The notes under the pieces: generated by a model
What the model saw: only the letters and a program-made list of their open reading frames with translations
Told to the model about the DNA's origin: nothing
Database searches by the model: none
Program-made: the position numbers and the translations under genes
Assembly: GCA_965223545.1 (NCBI GenBank)
Contig: OZ245006.1
Coordinates: 1,632,001-1,696,000 of the forward strand
Length of the DNA stretch: 64,000 nucleotides
Reading direction: 5' to 3'
Source: Planctomycetota bacterium
GTDB lineage: Bacteria; Planctomycetota; UBA1135; UBA2386
Part shown: positions 50,137 to 58,182 of the stretch, one piece after another
Layout: the number at the start of each line of letters is the position of its first letter
How positions within the stretch are numbered: position 1 is the first letter of the stretch

Positions 50137-51579
50137 CTACTCGAGGACACGGATGTTCATGATGTTGGTCGCGCCCTTGGTGCGGCTGCTGCCGAACACG
50201 ACCACCACCGGCTCGCCCTTGCGCGCCAACCGGCGCTGCAGCAGTACGCGCTCCCCCTCCAGGGTCATCTCATGGCTCGTCCGCGTGCGCGTGCAGCGCA
50301 CGGCGGTCACCCCCCAGGTCAGCGTCAACCGCTGCACGGTGGCCTGCGACGGCGTGAACGCGACGATCCGCGTCGGCGTGCGCTCGACCGCCATCAGCTG
50401 TGCCGTCGCGCCGCTCTCGGTGAACACCGCGATCACCTTGGCCTGCACCTCGAGGGCGGCGTACGCCGCCGCCTTCACCGTCGCCTGCTCGACCGACGAC
50501 ACCTTGGCGCTGCGCCGGCGGCGCCGGGTGTACTCCCATCCGCCGAACACGTCGGTCTCGGTGCGCCGCGCGATCTGGTGCATGATGCGCACCGCGCGGA
50601 CGGGGTATTTGCCAGAGGCGGTCTCCGCCGACAGCATCACCGCCGAGGTGCCGTCGTAGATGGCGTTGGCGACGTCCGAGGCCTCGGCCCGCGTCGGCCG
50701 CGGGTTGGTGACCATCGATTCCAGCATCTGGGTGGCGGTGATCACCGGTTTGCCGAGCTCGCGAGCGTGGCGGATGATGCGCTTCTGCTGCGCCGGAACG
50801 GCCTCTGGCCCCAGCTCCACCCCCATGTCGCCGCGCGCGATCATCAGCCCGTCGGCGACCTCGGCGATCTCGTGCAGGTTGCGCACCGACTCGGGCCGCT
50901 CGATCTTGGCGATCAGCTGGGCCTCGCCGCCGGCCGCGACCATCAGCCGCCGCAGCTGCTCGATGTCGGCCGCCGTGCGCACGAACGACTGGGCGACGAA
51001 GTCGGCCCCGCACTTCAGCGCGACCTTGAGATCGGCGCGGTCCTTCGACGACAGGCTCTCGGCCGACACCGCCGAGCCGGGCACGTTGATCCCCTTGTAC
51101 TGCTTGAGCAAGCCGCCGTGCACGACGCGGGTATGGATCTCCGGCCCCTCGACGTCGACCACCTTGAGCTCGAGATAGCCGTCGTCGAGCAGCATGCGCT
51201 CGCCGGGTCGCACGTCGCGCGCCAGGTTGCGATAGCTGGTGCCGATCACCGGCGCATCGCCGCCGCGCCCGACCACACCGGGCGTGGTCGACACCACGAG
51301 CCGCTGGCCGCGCTGCAGCCAGATCGGGGCGGCGGCCTCCAACGGCCCGACCCGCATCTTCGGCCCCTGCAGGTCGACGAGCACGCCGATCGGTGCCTTG
51401 AGCCGCTTGGCGACCCGGCGGATGGTGCGGATGTCGCGCTCGAGCGTCTCGTGGTCGGCGTGCGCACAGTTGAGCCGAAACACATCGACACCGACCGTGA
51501 CCAGCCGCTGCACGGTCTTCTCGGCGCGCGACGCTGGACCGAGAGTGGCGACGATCTTGGTGCGATTGGGAGCGGACAT
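50137..51579 (-). CDS. pyk: Pyruvate kinase
   Basis: RTKIVATLGPAS, DLQGPK, MIARGDMGVE, ATQMLESM, PTRAEASD. Confidence 0.97.
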   Translation of the reverse strand: MSAPNRTKIVATLGPASRAEKTVQRLVTVGVDVFRLNCAHADHETLERDIRTIRRVAKRLKAPIGVLVDLQGPKMRVGPLEAAAPIWLQRGQRLVVSTTPGVVGRGGDAPVIGTSYRNLARDVRPGERMLLDDGYLELKVVDVEGPEIHTRVVHGGLLKQYKGINVPGSAVSAESLSSKDRADLKVALKCGADFVAQSFVRTAADIEQLRRLMVAAGGEAQLIAKIERPESVRNLHEIAEVADGLMIARGDMGVELGPEAVPAQQKRIIRHARELGKPVITATQMLESMVTNPRPTRAEASDVANAIYDGTSAVMLSAETASGKYPVRAVRIMHQIARRTETDVFGGWEYTRRRRRSAKVSSVEQATVKAAAYAALEVQAKVIAVFTESGATAQLMAVERTPTRIVAFTPSQATVQRLTLTWGVTAVRCTRTRTSHEMTLEGERVLLQRRLARKGEPVVVVFGSSRTKGATNIMNIRVLE

Positions 51580-51613
51580 GTCGTCGGGAGCCCCCCTTCT
51601 TTATCCCAGCGTT

Positions 51614-51645
51614 AGTACGGAGTCAGGCTCGATTTTCTCGCTTCG
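51614..51645 (+). repeat. Half-copy of the 38058 palindrome arm
   Basis: AGTACGGAGTCAGGCTCGATTTTCTCGCTTCG. Confidence 0.92.
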
Positions 51646-51675
51646 ACGACACCCCCCCGGCGCCCAACTCCCCCG

Positions 51676-53727
51676 TCACAGGCCGACGACCACCCGCAAA
51701 CCGTTGCTCATCGCCAGCACGCCGGCAAACGCACCGTTCGCGTCGAACACTCCGCTCTGGAAGAACAAGTCCAACCCCGCGAGCGCGGGCACATTGGGGA
51801 TTCCGAACACGAAGTCGTGACGTCCGGCGGAATCGGTGAAGCGCAGCACTCCCTGCGAAGGTGGTGCCAAGTAGTAGGAACAACCTCCGGACAGCGCGGC
51901 CGTGGCCTGATCCGCCGCGACGAACACCAGGGCTGGGGCGAGAGGGCGCGCGTTGTCCAGCGCGACCCCGAAGCTCGCGTTGCCCACCGTCGGCTGCCCG
52001 ATCCCCTGCAACGAGGGCACCAGTCCACCGGTGCCGGCGCAACCAACACCGAAGGGCTGGGCAGCTCCCACCGCCATCCCTGCCGTCACCGTGATGTCAT
52101 CCGACCCTTGGTTGGCAACCACGATGTCATCCAGGCCGTCGCCGGTCACATCGCCGACAGCGACCGCGACCGGGTTGGTGCCCACCCCCACTGCAGCCGA
52201 GCGCGCGAACGCCAGCGCGCCCGCATCGAATCCGGCGAGCGACCAGGCATCGCCTGATCCCGCGTTGACGACCGCCACGTCACGCAGCAAGAAGAACCCT
52301 GGGAGAGAGTCGCCGTCGACCTCGCCACAGGCGACATCGACCGCCAGCGTGCCCGGCACGGCGAGGTCCGCCGCCGCGGTGAAGTCGAGCCCGTCCAGCG
52401 GCGGCGCTCCCGTGTAGAGCAACACGCGGAGCGTGTTCGCCGGGGTCGGGAACAGAACCGGCAGCAGCGCAACCATGTCGGGAGCACCATCGCCATCCAA
52501 GTCTCGGCAGCAGACCCCGCTCGCCAGACCATCGGTCGGCAGGTCGATCGCGCCGGCGAGCGTCAACGCGCCGGCGCCGTCGTTCTCCAACAGCAGCAAC
52601 TGGTCAGGGCTGCCCTGCGAGACCGCAACCACGTCGAAATCACCATCACCATCCAGATCACACATCTCGACCGCCACGGCGCGATCGGCGACGCCGCCCA
52701 ACGCCACCGCTGCGAACGCGGCGCCACCGAGGCGGACCTCCACCCCGGCCCCACCGGAGAGCAGCGCGCCCTCGAGTCCGACCACGACGTCGTCCCGGCC
52801 GTCTCCGTCCAGGTCTCCGACGGCGACGCTGACCGGCCGCGTTCCGCCAGTTGGCAACGAGCTCACGCCTGGAGCAACAGAGCCGGCGTCGAGGATCACC
52901 GCTACAGTCGATGACTCGGCACACGTGACGACCAGATCGTCGGCCGCTCCGTCGCCATCGAGGTCGCCAGCGGCGATCGCCCGCGGCTCGTCGTCCGCCG
53001 CGCTCAACGCAATCGGCGACGGCACCCCGAAGCCACCGGCACCGTCGTTGGCGAAGATGAAGACATCGTCGCTGTCCGCGTTGGCGGTCGCCGCGTCGAG
53101 ATCTCCATCGCCATCGACATCCACCAGCACCACGTCTCGCGGCCCCGCAGCGACACTTGGCGTCGGGGCGTCGAACTCGACGATGTAGCCCACGATCGAA
53201 GCATTGGTCCCGACATCGTTGGCGTCGACCCATTGCCCGGCCAGCAACGTCGGACCCCAGGTGCCGAGCGACCAACAAGCGTAGTGCTCGCCTCCCGAGT
53301 TGTTCGGCTCGTTGGCCCCCCAATCGGCATACGAGAACGGCGGCGTCGCCATGCCGGTCGAACCGGACCAGAACTGAGTGCCGGCCTCGGGACCGACCAC
53401 CCAACGCCAATCGCCCTCAGCGGCGCTGTCGGAGGCTCCGACCCACGCAGTGGCCAGCTCTGCGGTCCCCAGCGCCTGCACCAAGAAGGCGTTCTCGGCG
53501 GCCGAGGTGATCGTCGCCAGATACCCCGGCTGCCCACCGAAGGACGCGGCCTGGGCGGCAGCCCGCGCGTCGGTCCATGACAACGCCGTGCGCACGAGCA
53601 TGTAGGCGTGGTCGTTGCCGCCCGCACTCGACGGCCATGTCGTCTGAGCGGCCGACGCGGGAGTCAACGTACCAATGAGGGCAACCAAGGAGGTCGCGAA
53701 CTGACGCGGGGAGATGAGTTCGAGCAT
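51676..53727 (-). CDS. Secreted C-type-lectin + FG-GAP repeat protein
   Basis: SWTDAR, YLATITSAAEN, WVGASD, EPNN; DxDGDG repeats. Confidence 0.88.
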   Translation of the reverse strand: MLELISPRQFATSLVALIGTLTPASAAQTTWPSSAGGNDHAYMLVRTALSWTDARAAAQAASFGGQPGYLATITSAAENAFLVQALGTAELATAWVGASDSAAEGDWRWVVGPEAGTQFWSGSTGMATPPFSYADWGANEPNNSGGEHYACWSLGTWGPTLLAGQWVDANDVGTNASIVGYIVEFDAPTPSVAAGPRDVVLVDVDGDGDLDAATANADSDDVFIFANDGAGGFGVPSPIALSAADDEPRAIAAGDLDGDGAADDLVVTCAESSTVAVILDAGSVAPGVSSLPTGGTRPVSVAVGDLDGDGRDDVVVGLEGALLSGGAGVEVRLGGAAFAAVALGGVADRAVAVEMCDLDGDGDFDVVAVSQGSPDQLLLLENDGAGALTLAGAIDLPTDGLASGVCCRDLDGDGAPDMVALLPVLFPTPANTLRVLLYTGAPPLDGLDFTAAADLAVPGTLAVDVACGEVDGDSLPGFFLLRDVAVVNAGSGDAWSLAGFDAGALAFARSAAVGVGTNPVAVAVGDVTGDGLDDIVVANQGSDDITVTAGMAVGAAQPFGVGCAGTGGLVPSLQGIGQPTVGNASFGVALDNARPLAPALVFVAADQATAALSGGCSYYLAPPSQGVLRFTDSAGRHDFVFGIPNVPALAGLDLFFQSGVFDANGAFAGVLAMSNGLRVVVGL

Positions 53728-53832
53728 GGGGGTTTGGAGAGGACGATCGCGAGCGCGACCCACTCTTCCAGCGCGTGGCGCTCCTCGCAGAGGCAGCGAT
53801 TTATTTGGCGTCGAACCCGAGGAACGGTGCGC

Positions 53833-56286
53833 TCAGCGTCGCACGACGGGCAGCGAAACGGTCGGCCGGATTCCGACCGTGGACTCGTGCGCACGCTCGT
53901 GGTGGCTGTTCATTCCGTCGGCCACCGCCCCGACTGCCGGCCGCCCCCACGCGCCCCCCATCGACAACCGGTGATGGGAGGGGAACGGAGGTTTGGGCCA
54001 GGTCTGTTCCGGAGCGCCGACATAGCCATCTGCCAGATACTCCCAGACATTGCCCGCGATGTCGTGCAGACCGAACGCGTTGGGCAGGAACCGGCCGACC
54101 GGGGCATGCGCCGGCCACCCGTCGTTCCATGGCATCTGCCCCGAGAGCGACCAGTTGCTCTGGTCGAGCACGTTCGCATAGCGCTGGCAATCGTCCTCGT
54201 CGTCCCCGAAATACCACTTGGTCGCCGCGCCACCTCGGTAGGCGTAGGTCCATTGGCTCCAAGTCGGAAGCTTCATGCGAAAGCGATCGAGCACCATCAG
54301 CGCACGCCCCCAGCTCACACTCTCGACCGGATGCATGAGCGAGCACGCGAGGATCGGGTCGCCTGGTCGGTAGGCCGACGGATTGTCCCCCGCGAGGCGC
54401 AACCATTGGGCCTGCGTCAGCTCGTGCTTGGCGATCAAGAACGGCTCGACGGCAGGGGATCCCTCCCCACCACTGCCGGGAAGGAGCACGAATACGATTG
54501 CCGACCGAGCATCCAGCGAGAGTTTGCCTCCTTCACCCCGGACAGGGCACACTCCGCTGGCAACGTGGGCGAACTCGAGCAGGCCAGAATCGGGGTCGGG
54601 CCCCAGCGGCAGCAGGCCCCAGACTCGCGGCAGCCGCATCCCGAGCGATGCACGCGCGTACCGCTCGGCAACGAGCCAAGCCTCTTCGGCCTCCGAGCCC
54701 GAGTGGGTCAGATGGTCGACTTCGTCGATCAACTGCAGCCGCTGACGCACCGCCGGCATGGTCGCGTCGAGCAGCGTGCCCGGCTGGCGGCCGTCGACCA
54801 GGCGGCGCACACGTGCGACCAACGGTCCGACCTGCCGCTCGAAGGTCTCGGCGGCCGACTGGCTCGAGCGCCCCTGGCGCCACCATTCCGCCTGTTCCAC
54901 CGGCACGCGCGCCCGCTCGGCTTCCAGGGCCGGCAGCCGCCGCGCGATCTCAGCTGCAGACGCGAGCCACTTCTCGCAGTCCTCCCGGCACTCCGGACCA
55001 AGTGGCCAAAGCGACTCGTCAGCCGCTCGCTCGAGGTCGGTGAGCAGCACCGCCATGTTCACTGCGTCGAGCTTGGCCAAAGCCGCCTGCTGCAGCAACA
55101 GCCCCACGACCAGAGCGGCGAACGCCACTCCGAGGCCTGCCAGGGCCACCCGATAGCGCACGGCGTGCTTGCGCAGACGATACCAGCGGTAGCCAGAGCT
55201 GGTGATCACGATCCCGCCACTTCGGAATCGTGCAACCGCGTCTCCGAGCTCCGCGGCGGAGCTGAACCGATCCCCTGGCGCGTGTCGAGTCGCGCGTTCG
55301 CAGATCCAATCCAACTCCCCAGCGACGGTCTTCGCCAGCTGCCGCGGCGATGCACCGCGCTGCGCCGCGCGCCGCTGGGCCACGTCCCGGTCGCGATCGA
55401 CGAGCGCAGCGAAAGCCCGCGACGGCCGTAGGCCGTCGCTCTCATCCCACGGCGAGACTCCGACCAACAGCTCCACGAGCAGCACGCCAAGCGAATAGAC
55501 ATCGGCACGCACGTCGACCGGCCGATGCCCCGGCAGCCGCTGCTCGGGGCTCATGTAGCCGGGCGTCCCCAAGACGTGATGATCACCGGTCAGCCGACTC
55601 GCATCCTCGCGCATCAGCCGGGCGATGCCGAAGTCGATGAGCTTGACCTGATGGCCCCCGTCTACAGCGCGCACGAGCGTGTTGCCGGGCTTCAGGTCGC
55701 GATGAATCACACCGCGCTGGTGCGCGTGCTGCACCGCGTCGACGACCCGGCCGAACAGCTCGAGCCGATCTTCGATCCCCAGGCGTTCGCGATCGCAATG
55801 GTCGGTGATCGGGCACGCCCCCTCGACGTACTCCATCGCGAAGAACGCGCGTCCATCCTCGGCAGTTCCCGCGTCGAGGACCCGCGCAATGCAGTCGTGA
55901 TCGAGGCTCGCCAACGTGCGGCGCTCCTGCTCGAAACGCCGGACGAGCCGCGGACTCCCGATGTCCGACCGCAACAATTTGATCGCGACCCGCGACGGAA
56001 CATCGCCACCTCGCACCGCCAGGAAAACCTCGCCCATTCCCCCAGCCCCCAACCGCCGCACCACCTCATAGCGACCAACCCGCACCGGAAGTACGGAGTC
56101 AGGCTCGATTCTCTCGCTTCGCGGCGACGCCAGCAGGCTCACCGCATCGGAAGGCGGTGCATACCGCAACAATGAACGCACCTCCTCGGCGACCTCCGGC
56201 TCGCAGCTGCTGAGCAACGCCTCGCGCGTCACGGGATCGGCGCGTCGCGCTGCCAAGAACAAGTCACGTACGTCGACGCCGGTCAT
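53833..56286 (-). CDS. Ser/Thr kinase fused to FGE-sulfatase (SUMF1-like) domain
   Basis: LGAGGMGEV, HRDLKPGN, DFG, GTPGYMSPE; HPVESVSW, PNAFGLHDIAGNVWE. Confidence 0.9.
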   Translation of the reverse strand: MTGVDVRDLFLAARRADPVTREALLSSCEPEVAEEVRSLLRYAPPSDAVSLLASPRSERIEPDSVLPVRVGRYEVVRRLGAGGMGEVFLAVRGGDVPSRVAIKLLRSDIGSPRLVRRFEQERRTLASLDHDCIARVLDAGTAEDGRAFFAMEYVEGACPITDHCDRERLGIEDRLELFGRVVDAVQHAHQRGVIHRDLKPGNTLVRAVDGGHQVKLIDFGIARLMREDASRLTGDHHVLGTPGYMSPEQRLPGHRPVDVRADVYSLGVLLVELLVGVSPWDESDGLRPSRAFAALVDRDRDVAQRRAAQRGASPRQLAKTVAGELDWICERATRHAPGDRFSSAAELGDAVARFRSGGIVITSSGYRWYRLRKHAVRYRVALAGLGVAFAALVVGLLLQQAALAKLDAVNMAVLLTDLERAADESLWPLGPECREDCEKWLASAAEIARRLPALEAERARVPVEQAEWWRQGRSSQSAAETFERQVGPLVARVRRLVDGRQPGTLLDATMPAVRQRLQLIDEVDHLTHSGSEAEEAWLVAERYARASLGMRLPRVWGLLPLGPDPDSGLLEFAHVASGVCPVRGEGGKLSLDARSAIVFVLLPGSGGEGSPAVEPFLIAKHELTQAQWLRLAGDNPSAYRPGDPILACSLMHPVESVSWGRALMVLDRFRMKLPTWSQWTYAYRGGAATKWYFGDDEDDCQRYANVLDQSNWSLSGQMPWNDGWPAHAPVGRFLPNAFGLHDIAGNVWEYLADGYVGAPEQTWPKPPFPSHHRLSMGGAWGRPAVGAVADGMNSHHERAHESTVGIRPTVSLPVVRR
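56090..56121 (+). repeat. Half-copy of palindrome arm inside the kinase CDS
   Basis: 31/32 identical to 51614-51645. Confidence 0.9.
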
Positions 56287-56435
56287 GCCTCCGCGATCTC
56301 GCGCGCCAACCATGCCGACGAGTACGCCCAGTCACCCTTGACCGTGCGCTCGGAGACCCCGAGCACCGACGCCGTCTCCGCAACGGGAAGCCCAGCGATC
56401 GCACGAAGCTCGACCACGGCGCGGTAACGCTCGTT
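56283..56435 (-). pseudogene. Truncated ECF sigma factor (sigma4 region only, TIGR02999-like)
   Basis: VVELRAIAGLPVAETASVLGVSERTVKGDW..AWL; stop overlaps kinase ATG; no room for sigma2. Confidence 0.75.
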
Positions 56436-56583
56436 ACCTGAGGTCTCGGCGGGGCTGGCCATCGGTGGAACCGAGATGATGCACGGCCTCGGTCGCCAAC
56501 GCCACCACACCCGTTCTGCCTTGTCGAGCCACGTCTCCCCAACCAGCACCTGGCGGTCGGACTTGTCGAAGTAGGATGGTGCG

Positions 56584-58119
56584 ATGACCGACCCCGTTGT
56601 CACCGACGTCAAGCCTCGCCCCATCGAGCTGAAGACCGGCGAGTCGTACTACTACTGCGCCTGCGGCCGCAGCCGCAGCCAGCCATTCTGCGACGGATCC
56701 CACCAGGGCACCGGCATCACGCCGTTGGAGTTCCAGGTCGAGAAAGCGGGGGAGAGCTACCTCTGCATGTGCCGGCAGTCGGGCAACCGACCGTTCTGCG
56801 ACGGCACCCACGCGCGGCTGCCCGACGGCATCGTCGGCACCGAGTATCGGCGGCCAAGCGACGGCGACGCGGCGCCCGAGGCCGCGCCGACGCCGGAGGA
56901 ACCGCACGTCGCGTTGATCCACCAGCTCGCGCGCGAGGGGCTGGCCAAGTTGGGGCACCACGGCCCCATGGCCGCGATGGGCGTGCCGCGCGACGCGCTG
57001 CCGCAGTGGGACGCGATCCAAGTCATGGTCGCGCAGCTCGACCCCAAGCCACTGCTCGACGACGCGGCAGTCGAGACCGCGCTGGTCATCGGCCCACGGG
57101 CCAAGCGCCCGCTGTCGCTGTCGATGCCACTGTTCGTCTCCGACATGAGCTTCGGCGCGCTTTCCGAAGAGGCGAAGGTCGCGATGGCCACTGGCGCGGA
57201 CCGCGCCGGCACCGGCATCTGCTCCGGCGAGGGCGGCATGCTGCCCGAGGAACAGGCCGCCAACCGGCGCTACCTCTACGAGCTCGCCTCCGCGCGCTTC
57301 GGCTACAACGAAGAGCTCCTGACGCGGGTGCAGGCGTTTCACTTCAAGGGCGGCCAGGGGGCGAAGACCGGCACCGGCGGCCACCTGCCCGCGGCCAAGA
57401 ACATCGGCAAGATCGCTCGGGTCCGGGGCCTGCCGGAGGGCACACCCGCGATCTCGCCGGCGACGTTCGCGGACCTCGTCACTCCCGCCGACTTCCGCAA
57501 GGTCGCCGATCGCGTGCGCGAGGTCAGCGGCGGGATTCCGATCGGCTTCAAGCTGTCGGCAAACCGCATCGAACGCGACCTGGACTTCGCGCTCGAGGTG
57601 GGCGTCGACTACATCATTCTCGACGGGCGCGGCGGCGGCACCGGTGCGGCGCCACTGCTGTTTCGCGACCACATCTCGGTGCCGACGATCCCGGCGCTCG
57701 CCCGGGCGCGCCGGCACTTGGACGCACGCGGCCAGCAGGGCAAGGTCACGCTGATCGCGACCGGTGGCCTGCGCGTGCCCGCCGACTTCATCAAGGCGAT
57801 GGCGCTCGGGGCGGATGGCATCGCGCTGGCAAACTCGGCAATGCAAGCGGTGGGCTGCGTCGGTGCGCGCATCTGCAACACCAACCTGTGTCCCGCCGGC
57901 ATCGCAACCCAGGATCCCGCCCTGCGAGCGCGGCTGGATCCCGAGGCCGGCGCCGAACGCGTGGCGACCTTCCTGCGCGCCGCGGTGGAGCTCATGCAAG
58001 TGATGGCGCGCGCCTGCGGGCACGCTCGCCTCGCCGATTTCGGTCTGCAAGACATCGCCACGTGGGACCGGCAACTGGCCGACCTCGCCGGGATCCCGTT
58101 CGCCGGGGTCGAGCGCTGA
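56584..58119 (+). CDS. Tandem CDGSH Fe-S domains + FMN-binding glutamate-synthase-like domain
   Basis: CACGRS..PFCDGSH, CMCRQS..PFCDGTH, MSFGALS, SGEGG, GQGAKTGTGGHLP, CVGARICNTNLCP. Confidence 0.92.
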   Translation: MTDPVVTDVKPRPIELKTGESYYYCACGRSRSQPFCDGSHQGTGITPLEFQVEKAGESYLCMCRQSGNRPFCDGTHARLPDGIVGTEYRRPSDGDAAPEAAPTPEEPHVALIHQLAREGLAKLGHHGPMAAMGVPRDALPQWDAIQVMVAQLDPKPLLDDAAVETALVIGPRAKRPLSLSMPLFVSDMSFGALSEEAKVAMATGADRAGTGICSGEGGMLPEEQAANRRYLYELASARFGYNEELLTRVQAFHFKGGQGAKTGTGGHLPAAKNIGKIARVRGLPEGTPAISPATFADLVTPADFRKVADRVREVSGGIPIGFKLSANRIERDLDFALEVGVDYIILDGRGGGTGAAPLLFRDHISVPTIPALARARRHLDARGQQGKVTLIATGGLRVPADFIKAMALGADGIALANSAMQAVGCVGARICNTNLCPAGIATQDPALRARLDPEAGAERVATFLRAAVELMQVMARACGHARLADFGLQDIATWDRQLADLAGIPFAGVER

Positions 58120-58182
58120 TCCGGGGTCGACCGCGGTTTTCGGTCCCGGATTCCCGCGCGGCGGAGTTTGGGACAACGAGCG

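Noticed and set aside
56584..58119. CDGSH-glutamate synthase fusion as novel
   Set aside because: Recognised, already-known architecture.
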